Shown in pieces: positions 48,023 through 56,435 of a stretch of DNA of 56,435 bases. Each line of letters opens with the position of its first letter. Position 1 is the first letter of the stretch. Where the stretch lies: IMG/VR virus record IMGVR_UViG_3300020200_000036, positions 1 through 56,435 of that record; one strand, 5' to 3'. Source of the DNA: a virus. Its lineage: Duplodnaviria; Caudoviricetes. The position numbers and the translations under genes are program-made. The notes below the pieces were generated by a model. It had not been told where the DNA came from, did no database searches, and saw only the letters and a list, made by a program, of their open reading frames with translations.

Positions 48023-49909
48023 CTACTTACTTTTTTTCTTCTTTGTTTTAGCTGGTGGCTCCTCATCAGCAACCTCTTCATCTTCTTTGCCGTCTTCCTC
48101 ACCATCTTCCCCATCATTGTTAGAGCCTACGTCAGCGTCACCATTCTTAGTATCTATTGGGGGAATTTCGTCTCCATCCCCATCACCAATTGGAGCCTTT
48201 TTATTTCCGTCGCCTTCATCTTTCACATCGCTCTCTTCCCCTTCGCTGCCATCAACTCCCATATCAGACTTAAGCATGGAAATAAGATCTTCTAATTCTC
48301 TCATGTTGTCGATAAGATCATCCTTCTCAACAAACTCGGCTTCGTCATCGTACCCATCAAGATTTCCTCTATCTTTTTCAGCTTCGCCTTCCATGTCTTC
48401 GGCAGCCTCTTCTCCTTGAACTTCAGCAGCGGCGTCCTCTGCGCCCATGGCAGGCATTTCATCAGATTTCTCATCGTCTTCGTCAGGCATTATTTTCATG
48501 CCCGCGTCTTCTCCTCCATCGGGCTCATACTGACCCTCCCCTTTGGGTATTTCCGAAGCCATGCCAGCCGCAGCAGGGGGTACTTCGCCGCCCGCAGCCT
48601 CTCCACCCATTCCGGCTTGAATCATCTTCAGGACTTGTCCAATCTTGCCAAGATCGTCAGCAACCTTGTCGAAGTTAAGATAATTCATTAGGCTTGTTTC
48701 ATGAAGAATAGTGTCATACTCGCAATCCTTAAAAACTCCATCTAAGAAGTCTGAGACATCAATAGCCTCTACACCATTCTTATTTTTAAGTGAATCAGAA
48801 AATTCATAAAGAGTCTTCTTAAGAACTGAATTCTTTGGGCTAAGTTTGCCAAGGGACTCAAATATTACAATGTGAGTCTTTACAAGCGAATCAAAAGTTG
48901 GAATGTCAGTTAGGTTCTGAACATTGACACCATATTTCTCATTTAATAGATGAGTGACATAATCCTTAACTGGCTTCTTAAATTCAAATACCTTAGCAGA
49001 AAATTCCTTGATATCTTTGGATGGCACAGCCTTAGTATCAACAAGTAGATCTAAGTTATTCTCAACAAGGTTTGAGATTTGCTTCTTCGTAGCCATAGCA
49101 AAATATGGAATATCGACAATTATCTCTGAGAGAAGCTTCATTATATTTTCATCTGATTCATAGATAAAGGCTGGAAGCTTCTGAACTTTATCATTTGTCA
49201 GCCAGACGGTATCTAGCTTCGATTTAGCCTCGACAAGCTCCTTAGTGATTAGCTCGTGCTTGCAGAGATGATCATACAGCGTGTGATTTACAGTCGCTGG
49301 AATTTCGTAGTTCTTACTCTCAGCAAGAGAAGCATAAGTAATTTTTGGAGTATTAAATGACTTTGAAATTACTGATGAAAGCTTTATTGTGTTTCTTATT
49401 TCTGGAATATTTATAAAGTTTGAAGATTCCCTAAGGAGTTTAACAAGATCATCCTTCATCTCAATAAGTCTAATAAACTCTTCTGATGAAACAATTTTAG
49501 TGCGCTCATCAAATCTTTCTATTTTAGAGATAAGTCTATCTTTTACTCTATCAAAGTGAAGTCTAGTCTCCCACAGACCTAGGACAGAATCAAAACTATC
49601 TTGTACTTTGGTTAGATCATTCTCAAGCATATCTGCAAGAAATTCACTAACTTTTTTGTCAACTAACTTTGAGTAAATTTCTTTATCCTCAAACAAAGTG
49701 GCATCTTCAACAGTAATATTATTTAATTTAAGAGCCTTTTTATCGAACTCGCCACGGATGGCTTGTCCCGACTCAGTTAAATAAGTTACAGTGTTATCTT
49801 CTACGTTGAATATTTCAACATTCTCCCGCAATGAACGAGCGAGATAATCACCTAGTTTTATTAGGTTTAGGAAAGTCTTATTACGCGACTCAAATAAGTT
49901 AGTTAACAT
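48023..49909 (-). CDS. Hypothetical prohead-associated protein with a long acidic C-terminus
   Basis: 628 aa directly downstream of the portal. Many L-x-E sites and a D/E/G-rich tail. Confidence 0.75.
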   Translation of the reverse strand: MLTNLFESRNKTFLNLIKLGDYLARSLRENVEIFNVEDNTVTYLTESGQAIRGEFDKKALKLNNITVEDATLFEDKEIYSKLVDKKVSEFLADMLENDLTKVQDSFDSVLGLWETRLHFDRVKDRLISKIERFDERTKIVSSEEFIRLIEMKDDLVKLLRESSNFINIPEIRNTIKLSSVISKSFNTPKITYASLAESKNYEIPATVNHTLYDHLCKHELITKELVEAKSKLDTVWLTNDKVQKLPAFIYESDENIMKLLSEIIVDIPYFAMATKKQISNLVENNLDLLVDTKAVPSKDIKEFSAKVFEFKKPVKDYVTHLLNEKYGVNVQNLTDIPTFDSLVKTHIVIFESLGKLSPKNSVLKKTLYEFSDSLKNKNGVEAIDVSDFLDGVFKDCEYDTILHETSLMNYLNFDKVADDLGKIGQVLKMIQAGMGGEAAGGEVPPAAAGMASEIPKGEGQYEPDGGEDAGMKIMPDEDDEKSDEMPAMGAEDAAAEVQGEEAAEDMEGEAEKDRGNLDGYDDEAEFVEKDDLIDNMRELEDLISMLKSDMGVDGSEGEESDVKDEGDGNKKAPIGDGDGDEIPPIDTKNGDADVGSNNDGEDGEEDGKEDEEVADEEPPAKTKKKKSK

Positions 49910-49948
49910 AAAAACCTTTTATCACAAGTATCTAGGGATTTTTAATAC

Positions 49949-51790
49949 TTAAATTTTAATTAATTCCCTTTGAATAGCTAAATCTTTAACAATTTTAATT
50001 GCTTCTTCGCTTAAGCCCTCACTTAACATTAATTTAGTTAAGTTAGTGTAGTCCGTTTCTTCAACTTGAGTAGGGGGAATATTTTCCGCAGACTCCTGAC
50101 CACCAGCCTCCCCAGGTCCAGGGCCAGCCCCAATACCGCCAGGAGGAGGACCACCGGGGGGCATACCACCAGCCATGCCGCCCATCCCAGGAACGGAACC
50201 CATTGGAGTACCGGGGGGGAGGTTAGAAGCAATCGCTCCCAAAATCGGGTCCTTAGACTGTTCCTCAAGTTTAGTTTTAATTTCATTTATTTCCTCATCA
50301 TTCATTTGATAATAAGTCTTGTAGATATATTCTATTGGGAATATATTAAGACCTTTAACGGCTTGAACTAAGCGAGCTTTCTGCTCATCTATATCCAACT
50401 GTCTCTTAGCAGACATATCGGAGGGTTCAGGAAGTTTAATCTTTAACTTTGAAACCGATAGCGGTGGAAAACCTTTAACAAGAAGATGACGTTTAAGTAT
50501 TGCTTCAAGTCCAATTTCAATGCATTTCTGCACACGAAGAATCACTCTAGCAAACTTAACATCAAGCTGACTCAAATTAGCCTTTCTTTCAGGTGATTGA
50601 TCTTTTTCAACAATGTAATCTTTTGGAATTTTTAAAGTTGCTAAAAGCTTGTCTCTAAAGTACTTAACATCATCAACTTCTCCAAGATTTTCAGCACCTT
50701 TGAGAGTGTCTATTTTTGTTCCAGACCCCTTTCCATTTACAGCAACGAAAAAATCCTCGTCCTGTGATAGTGGATTAAATCTAGCATCAATTTCTCCAGT
50801 TGTACGATTAAAATACTTCTGCTTTTTAAATTTACCTTTTTGCATCTCAAGGTAATGTTCAGCTTTAGAAGCTGGGAGATTTCCAACATCAACGTAGAAT
50901 ATCCTTCTTTCTGGGGCGCGAGATAATCTGTAAATTAACATCGCGTCTTCCATCATCTTTAGTGACTTATAAATAGAGCGAGCAGCGGAAGCAATAGATT
51001 TACCATATGGATAAAAGGTTGGGTTAGATGTAAACATTCTAAAGTGTACAATCTGATTCTTGTCAAGTGGGACTACCAATCTTTGACCAGTTACTGATCC
51101 CATTTTTCCAAAAATTGTGTTATCAGCTTGCATTGGAATTTCTTGCAAAAAGTCTGTAAGAATTCCAAAATTATTTTCAATTCTATAAATATAGTTTGGA
51201 TCTAAAATTTTTATTTTCTGAATTCCACGCTTAATGTTGTCAACATCTACGACAAGCTCTATAAAACAATCACCATACTTAACTGTGTTTCTAACTATAT
51301 CCCAAATAAAAGTTGTAAGAGAAATATCCTCAAAAAATGTCTCCGATTCTTCTTTAATTAATTGATCGCTAGATTCTATTTGCAAATTAGATCCATCAAG
51401 ATTCTTTTGAGTTGAATCATCAGCATAAATATCGAATGCAGCAGCCACCTCAGGATAACTATCCATATCCTCAAATTCTTGGTATCTACGCTTACGCTCT
51501 ATTTCTTCTTCATTTACTGGGATTAACTGAGTAGATTTAAACGGTGATATACTTCCTACAGCAGTTCTTCTTAGGATAGTATCGCCCTCTAAGGGGTGTG
51601 GGTCGGAAGGCTCTATTTTAAGTGGAGTAGTTCCATCCTGATCAATATCTGGTTTGGGACGCCCAGTTAAAAATTTAGCAAAGAACTTACCAGTGCGGCC
51701 TATGGGATAATACCATGATCCGAACCAACTTGATATACTCCCACGGCTGGGACTGAATTCAGTATAACCTTCGTTTAACTTAGTAGCCAT
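49949..51790 (-). CDS. gp20: Portal protein (gp20-like)
   Basis: LKMMEDAMLIYRLSRAPERRIFYVDVGNLP..KAE.Y, EDFF, IDTL.GAENLGEVDDVKYF. Confidence 0.97.
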   Translation of the reverse strand: MATKLNEGYTEFSPSRGSISSWFGSWYYPIGRTGKFFAKFLTGRPKPDIDQDGTTPLKIEPSDPHPLEGDTILRRTAVGSISPFKSTQLIPVNEEEIERKRRYQEFEDMDSYPEVAAAFDIYADDSTQKNLDGSNLQIESSDQLIKEESETFFEDISLTTFIWDIVRNTVKYGDCFIELVVDVDNIKRGIQKIKILDPNYIYRIENNFGILTDFLQEIPMQADNTIFGKMGSVTGQRLVVPLDKNQIVHFRMFTSNPTFYPYGKSIASAARSIYKSLKMMEDAMLIYRLSRAPERRIFYVDVGNLPASKAEHYLEMQKGKFKKQKYFNRTTGEIDARFNPLSQDEDFFVAVNGKGSGTKIDTLKGAENLGEVDDVKYFRDKLLATLKIPKDYIVEKDQSPERKANLSQLDVKFARVILRVQKCIEIGLEAILKRHLLVKGFPPLSVSKLKIKLPEPSDMSAKRQLDIDEQKARLVQAVKGLNIFPIEYIYKTYYQMNDEEINEIKTKLEEQSKDPILGAIASNLPPGTPMGSVPGMGGMAGGMPPGGPPPGGIGAGPGPGEAGGQESAENIPPTQVEETDYTNLTKLMLSEGLSEEAIKIVKDLAIQRELIKI

Positions 51791-53322
51791 TTAAGATCTT
51801 CTTCGTGTATTAAACCACCTGGAGTTCTAATAACATATTTAGACTGGGAGATAGGCATAATAAATTTATTATCTTCATTTGGTCTATGGCTAATCATAGG
51901 TGTGTGGGTTCTTAATTCATTAAAACCATGTACCGCTAACGCTAAAGAGATAATTAAATCATCGTGGCAGTTAACATCTGCTGTATAACGACCAGATTCA
52001 TCAATAATAAAAGTTAAAAGTTCATCTACTGTTCGCTCTGAGTTTAATTTAATTTTATTTAACCTTATAGCCTCATCCATATTGACAAGCATTTGTCGTC
52101 GATTAACATCCGCAACCTGTATCCCCGGCTCATGCTTATCGTCCATAAACAAGTTTTCATACTGCTCAATCTCCTTAATCTGATAGATTAAGTTGTGCCC
52201 AATTAAGTTACGCTCTGGAATGATATAAGCTGTGTTGTATTCACGAGCGATTTCTACAAGAATTCTAGCAAATTCATTAATTGGTGTTCGATCAGATTTA
52301 AATTCAGCTACTTGCTCACCATTATAAAGATTGATTATCTGCGCCACCGAGGAGTCCAAGCCTCGACCAATAGAAGTATCCACGCCAATAACGTAATCAT
52401 GATTAGGATTAGGAGCATTCCATATACGAAGACGGTTGTTATAGCGTGTTGAATAATCTTCATTGATTTGCTCTTTTAATTGTTTAAGTATTTCCCCATC
52501 TATAAATGTATCCCCAGTTCCAAGGAATTCAGCTTCGTATTCTTGAAGCCATTCTTTGTGACTAATAGATCCTCTTGTTTTAACTTCCCACTCATCTATA
52601 CTAACTGGTGGGTCTTGTTCCATCAATTTCTCGTACATCTTTTCGTAACCTTGATGACGGAAATACTGTGGATGATCTTTCCAGTTGATATCAATAGCGT
52701 GGAATGAATTATCTCCCCGTATAGCCCCAGTGTATTGTTTGTGAAACCAATTACCTACACCATTAACAGTAGAAAGAGCGATAACCGAACCGCCAGTAGA
52801 AATGATTGGAAATGCAGCGGTCCAGATTGTATCAATGTTCTCAATAAATGCCGCTTCATCTAAAATCAACAACGAAGCAGCAGCGGAACGTCCTGATTGT
52901 TTTGATGAAGACTTAGATTTGATCTCTGACCCATTAGAAAATTGCATAGCATGGGCTGAGTCTTTAACAACTTTAGGCTTAAGCCATTCTGGAAGCTCGT
53001 CATAGGCAGTCTTAATTCTAGATAAAACTTCCATTGACGCATCATCATCCTTAGATAGAATAACCACTTTATAATGTGGTGTAAACATACACTTCCAAAG
53101 TGAGAAAGCAGCAACTAAGGTAGTGCATCCAGCCTGTCTAAACTTTCGGAGAATGTTAAATCTGTTAGATTTAAATTCATTTATAAGTTTACGTTGAAAT
53201 GGATAAAGATCAAATTTTACAAGCCCAAAAATAGGGTGTACTACTTTAATATAATTACAAATAAAGTGTATCGGATCTTTCCTACATTTTTCAAATTCTA
53301 CTTTAATTTTATTTAAATCCAT
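51775..53322 (-). CDS. gp17: Large terminase subunit (gp17-like)
   Basis: DPIHF..NY, LYPFQ, KFRQAGCTT, ILDEAAF, LSTVNG, QEYEAEF, GVDTSIG.G.D, HDDL. Confidence 0.96.
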   Translation of the reverse strand: MDLNKIKVEFEKCRKDPIHFICNYIKVVHPIFGLVKFDLYPFQRKLINEFKSNRFNILRKFRQAGCTTLVAAFSLWKCMFTPHYKVVILSKDDDASMEVLSRIKTAYDELPEWLKPKVVKDSAHAMQFSNGSEIKSKSSSKQSGRSAAASLLILDEAAFIENIDTIWTAAFPIISTGGSVIALSTVNGVGNWFHKQYTGAIRGDNSFHAIDINWKDHPQYFRHQGYEKMYEKLMEQDPPVSIDEWEVKTRGSISHKEWLQEYEAEFLGTGDTFIDGEILKQLKEQINEDYSTRYNNRLRIWNAPNPNHDYVIGVDTSIGRGLDSSVAQIINLYNGEQVAEFKSDRTPINEFARILVEIAREYNTAYIIPERNLIGHNLIYQIKEIEQYENLFMDDKHEPGIQVADVNRRQMLVNMDEAIRLNKIKLNSERTVDELLTFIIDESGRYTADVNCHDDLIISLALAVHGFNELRTHTPMISHRPNEDNKFIMPISQSKYVIRTPGGLIHEEDLKWLLS

Positions 53323-53337
53323 CTATTATTCCAATAT

Positions 53338-54015
53338 ATGATATATGCTATAATATGTAGCAGGACTACTAAACCAAGTAAAACACTACCTAAATTACTT
53401 AATTATTTGATAGAATCAGGTATTAAGTATCATGTTTCATACGATGCTAACTCAATGTTTGAGGGCTATCAGGCTGGGTTAGATATCCTTAGTCCAGGCA
53501 TGGAAGATATAGTAATAATGTGCCATGACGATATTGAGATATTGTCTGATCGCACCCTATTTAAGAAAATACTAGAAGAAAATCTTTCAAATAAAAATGT
53601 TGGATTTATAGGTCCAGCAGGAACTACATATCTCGGATCAAATGCTATCTGGTGGGACATTAATAGACGTACTACGGGGTTGCACAGCGGGTTTGTATTC
53701 CAAGGGGATAACTACAACACAATGACCCCTAATTATTTTGGCTCGTGTAGAAATGTTGTAGTATTAGATGGTTTGTTTCTAGCTGCTAGAAAAGAAACAC
53801 TTGACCAGATTAGTCTTAAAAAACCAAAAGAATTTCCAACAAATTGGGACTTCTACGATCTATACTATACCCTCTCAGCCTACGAAAAAGGGTTCACTAA
53901 CAAAACTGTACCAATTGTTATTTTACACAATTCAAATGGCTATATGAGAAATACTTGGGAAGAGAATCGTATAGCCTTCTGCAAAATGTTTAGACTCCCA
54001 GTAGGATGCAAATAA
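53338..54015 (+). CDS. Glycosyltransferase (GT-A / family 2-like)
   Basis: SMFEGY, MCHDDI, GFIGPAG, VVVLDGLFLA, WDFYD, I.ILH.S.G. Confidence 0.85.
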   Translation: MIYAIICSRTTKPSKTLPKLLNYLIESGIKYHVSYDANSMFEGYQAGLDILSPGMEDIVIMCHDDIEILSDRTLFKKILEENLSNKNVGFIGPAGTTYLGSNAIWWDINRRTTGLHSGFVFQGDNYNTMTPNYFGSCRNVVVLDGLFLAARKETLDQISLKKPKEFPTNWDFYDLYYTLSAYEKGFTNKTVPIVILHNSNGYMRNTWEENRIAFCKMFRLPVGCK

Positions 54016-54416
54016 TGTTTGAAATTTATTCTTTACTTGTGTTTATTCTCGCTTGCTATGGTGGGGCAGTATGTATTTGTTTTAGCAGGCTACTTCTACC
54101 GTTACGCCTTTGGTTAACTTACAAAACTTATCATATAGACGAGGAAGGAAAGATGACCTCGGCAGTACTTAGAAGTAACCCAGTGTTTACTTTACTTAGT
54201 AAATTAGTTCATTGCCCGTTGTGCGTTGGTTTTTGGTTAGGTATTCTATTTAGTGTCTTTCTTTATAGCCATTGTTACCATATAGCCAGTTTTAGCATTT
54301 CATGGTTGCGACTCACGGCTGCTAACCCCTTTATTTATATTTTCGATGGGTTTCTTGGAAGTTCCTCAGCATGGATATTGCACCTTCTCTTTCGCAATCG
54401 AATGGAAGGTGCTTAA
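54015..54416 (+). CDS. Membrane protein with a CxxC motif (DUF1360-like)
   Basis: Several hydrophobic segments and HCPLCVGFWLG. TAATG coupling to the glycosyltransferase. Confidence 0.7.
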   Translation: MFEIYSLLVFILACYGGAVCICFSRLLLPLRLWLTYKTYHIDEEGKMTSAVLRSNPVFTLLSKLVHCPLCVGFWLGILFSVFLYSHCYHIASFSISWLRLTAANPFIYIFDGFLGSSSAWILHLLFRNRMEGA

Positions 54417-54417
54417 T

Positions 54418-54477
54418 TCAACATCCGCTAGAACAATGAGTGACAGGACGCAATCCGAACTGTAACTTTATTAGCAT
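54418..54477 (-). CDS. 19-aa Cys-containing peptide MLIKLQFGLRPVTHCSSGC
   Basis: ATG preceded by AGGAGG at 8-nt spacing and by CTAAATA. The ORF fits between neighbours without overlap and ends in TGA. Confidence 0.6.
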   Translation of the reverse strand: MLIKLQFGLRPVTHCSSGC

Positions 54478-54485
54478 AAAATAAT

Positions 54486-54503
54486 CCTCCTATAAGTATT
54501 TAG
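54486..54503 (-). promoter_or_regulatory. Late-type promoter motif plus strong Shine-Dalgarno for the peptide gene
   Basis: Minus strand CTAAATACTTATAGGAGG. Confidence 0.6.
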
Positions 54504-54553
54504 CCAAAACTATGTTTATTAAGTTATTTTTTTAATTTATTCTATAATTTAGC

Positions 54554-54901
54554 ATGGAACAAAAGACTTACTTCCTTGATATTGATGGATGTATATTTAA
54601 GCATCACGACAATTTTTTAAATGGTATTCATACCGTAGAACCATTAGAGGGAGTGCAGGAAAAACTTCTTGAGTGGCATTGCCAAGGGGATAAAATTATA
54701 TTGACCACCGGACGCCCAGGAACAACCAGAAAGTTCCTAGAGAATCATCTTTTCTTGAACGGAATTATATACGATCAATTAATTATGGATTGTGGCCCTG
54801 GGGTCCGAATCTTAATTAATGACATAGATCCAAAAAATCCTGATATTATAAAGGCTAAAGCCATAAATATAACTCGTAATTTAGGAATTGGAAAAATATA
54901 A
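54554..54901 (+). CDS. HAD-superfamily phosphatase (capless)
   Basis: FLDIDGCI, LTTGR, YDQLIM, LIND. TATAAT 5 nt before the ATG. Confidence 0.85.
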   Translation: MEQKTYFLDIDGCIFKHHDNFLNGIHTVEPLEGVQEKLLEWHCQGDKIILTTGRPGTTRKFLENHLFLNGIIYDQLIMDCGPGVRILINDIDPKNPDIIKAKAINITRNLGIGKI

Positions 54902-55086
54902 TGGAAACTTTTTACATACTTTTTACACTAGCTTGTATGTTTGTAATCTACGACGTAATAATGTACGGTAGATTTACTGAAATGGAAAAAAAAATAGATT
55001 ACCTTGCAAGAAACTTATTTAAAACTGAATTAGATCTAAATAATAAGATAGAGAAAGTTCGTGAGGAACGTAAAGGATTACTATGA
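54901..55086 (+). CDS. Small membrane-anchored hypothetical protein
   Basis: N-terminal hydrophobic helix and charged tail. TAATG coupling. Confidence 0.65.
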   Translation: METFYILFTLACMFVIYDVIMYGRFTEMEKKIDYLARNLFKTELDLNNKIEKVREERKGLL

Positions 55087-55334
55087 CGAATAAAAATTGG
55101 AATACGACTAACGCCACAACCGAATACATTAATATCGACGGGGATCGTATCCCAGTTAACATTGAAGGCATTTTGTTCTTGAATAATAAGTATAAAGCTC
55201 TAGAATTGGACTATAGGAATCTACTGGAAGACATCCACGGGCTTGAGCACGAACTTAAATCCTGTAAGAATAATAATAATTTTAATAAATTTCAACAGGA
55301 TTATTTTATTTTAGACAAAGACGGTGAATTATGA
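55083..55334 (+). CDS. Hypothetical protein
   Basis: 83 aa with ATGA overlaps at both ends. Confidence 0.65.
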   Translation: MTNKNWNTTNATTEYINIDGDRIPVNIEGILFLNNKYKALELDYRNLLEDIHGLEHELKSCKNNNNFNKFQQDYFILDKDGEL

Positions 55335-55681
55335 CTAAGTATGGAAAAAATGATTTCCACGGAGATGATGACATTGGAAAGGACGAAGACGAGTTTGAGT
55401 TTATGGAAGAAGACCTTTACAAAGTTATAAGTAATATGAAAAACTGCTCCGATATGCTTATGGCCTGTGACACTGAGGAGCTTTGTGAACATTATAAAAT
55501 GTTATTTCCTGCTGTCAATGGTGTATATGTAATATCCGAGTCCAGGCTTCAGCATCTCAATGCAGAAATGATTAACATTACTCTTCGGCAACTCGTCAAA
55601 AAGGACCTCGTAGAAATGTCTTGGTCGGAAATTAAAAATGACTTTGTTTTTTCTCTTAAAGAAGACGCAAGTGGACTCTAA
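55331..55681 (+). CDS. Hypothetical acidic protein
   Basis: 116 aa. The C-terminal L..LVKKDLVEMSW...DFVFSL resembles a winged-helix end. Confidence 0.65.
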   Translation: MTKYGKNDFHGDDDIGKDEDEFEFMEEDLYKVISNMKNCSDMLMACDTEELCEHYKMLFPAVNGVYVISESRLQHLNAEMINITLRQLVKKDLVEMSWSEIKNDFVFSLKEDASGL

Positions 55682-56045
55682 AAAAGGAAAGCCAGTCGCA
55701 TTCTTTGACTACGCTGCTATGAAGGAGGTAGTAAACCTCATAGTTAAAAATAACCCAGCGGCATCAAAGCTCCCTGTTACGTTTTTAGGAACTCCGCATG
55801 AGTATATAACCATGCAAATCATAAATTCCATAGAGTTTCTTTTGTCTAACTCAAAGGCATCAACCTCTGGAACCTTAGGATTCTATGTTATATCCCAGGA
55901 CGAGTTTCAGTGCATTAATTCCATAACGGGGGAAACCGACAGATGCATTTCAATGAATATCGTATACGACCCATACTCTTGCTTTAATGATGAGTATGTT
56001 TTCTACCGAGATAAAAAAATGTGGCGCGACCTAGCTAAAGAATGA
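55638..56045 (+). CDS. Hypothetical protein (start uncertain; GTG 55671 possible)
   Basis: ORF in the co-oriented run, ATGA overlap with the next gene. Confidence 0.6.
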   Translation: MTLFFLLKKTQVDSKKGKPVAFFDYAAMKEVVNLIVKNNPAASKLPVTFLGTPHEYITMQIINSIEFLLSNSKASTSGTLGFYVISQDEFQCINSITGETDRCISMNIVYDPYSCFNDEYVFYRDKKMWRDLAKE

Positions 56046-56290
56046 GAAAAAGATCATATAAGTTTATAACACACAACGGTCGCATTAAAGTTTATGTTGA
56101 CGGTTATGTTATGTTTACTTTTAACCAGTTAGATTTTAAAGGTTATTACGCTTACAAAGACGATGAAAACCTCTACGGTTTAGACATCTACCTTATGAAT
56201 GATAAAGGCAGTGCCACAATCATGGAAGTTTACTTCAAAACTAAGAAAACTTGGTTAGATATCCTAAAGTTGTTAGATAAGAATATGTAA
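56042..56290 (+). CDS. Hypothetical protein
   Basis: 82 aa, aromatic and beta-rich. Confidence 0.65.
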   Translation: MRKRSYKFITHNGRIKVYVDGYVMFTFNQLDFKGYYAYKDDENLYGLDIYLMNDKGSATIMEVYFKTKKTWLDILKLLDKNM

Positions 56291-56292
56291 CT

Positions 56293-56435
56293 ATGGATAC
56301 AAATCAACCATTTGATCTGTGGATAGCATTCTTTCTAATTATAATGTATATTGTATACGATGCACTTTATGCAATATACTATATGTTCCTAGAAAAAAAG
56401 AAACCCCTCTCAGCCGCTAATACTGCCTCTGCTAT
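56293..56435 (+). CDS. Partial membrane protein running off the window end
   Basis: ATG 2 nt after the previous stop. MDTNQPFDLWIAFFLIIMYIVYDALYAIYY... is open to the edge. Confidence 0.6.
   Translation, partial: MDTNQPFDLWIAFFLIIMYIVYDALYAIYYMFLEKKKPLSAANTASA

Noticed and set aside
47987-48691. Plus-strand hydrophobic or Ser-rich ORFs resembling membrane proteins or holins
   Set aside because: Antisense shadows of the Glu/Asp/Lys-rich tail of the 628-aa gene.
2672-53322. Extracellular contractile injection system or tailocin
   Set aside because: Capsid, protease, portal, terminase and neck genes are present, so this is a complete phage.
44938-53322. Introns or inteins in terminase, portal or helicase
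   Set aside because: The reading frames are continuous and of ordinary length, with no splice-junction or homing endonuclease motifs seen.
1394-53660. Many 60-150 aa ORFs nested in or antisense to long genes (e.g. 1394-1756, 3303-3919, 9746-10081, 10276-10719, 39603-39905, 50066-50371)
   Set aside because: Fully overlapped by recognisable genes, mostly non-ATG starts, no motifs.
1-56435. Alternative genetic code (stop codon reassignment)
   Set aside because: Conserved genes are full length in the standard code, and TAA, TAG and TGA all occur at sensible gene ends.

Overview
This window is the virion morphogenesis region of a large, AT-rich, T4-like (contractile-tailed) bacteriophage, very densely coded in the standard bacterial code. 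In transcription order on the minus strand it carries the large terminase, portal, an acidic 628-aa putative head protein, a repeat-containing fibre protein, gp26/gp51-like tail chaperones, tape measure, tube initiator, gp53, hub, central spike, a LamG protein, gp25, gp6, a 1698-aa wedge protein, several fibre/baseplate proteins, PAAR, small head proteins, prohead protease, scaffold, major capsid, neck gp13/gp14, tail terminator, sheath, tube and an 821-aa unknown. A UvsW-like helicase, a primase and a Cas4/AddB-like nuclease are interleaved. A glycosyltransferase, membrane protein, HAD phosphatase and small ORFs lie at the right end. The most notable observations are: (1) a probable programmed -1 frameshift joining the gp26-like and gp51-like chaperones; (2) an SGNH (SASA-type) acetylesterase domain inserted in the baseplate wedge protein; (3) an unannotated 19-aa Cys peptide gene with its own promoter-like motif and strong SD beside the glycosyltransferase cluster; (4) divergent primase and nuclease genes sharing one CATG for both start codons; (5) a putative capsid-packaged protein with a PD-(D/E)xK-like signature. 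All product calls come from motif recognition and gene order, not database searches. No tRNA, rRNA, CRISPR array or transposase was recognised.
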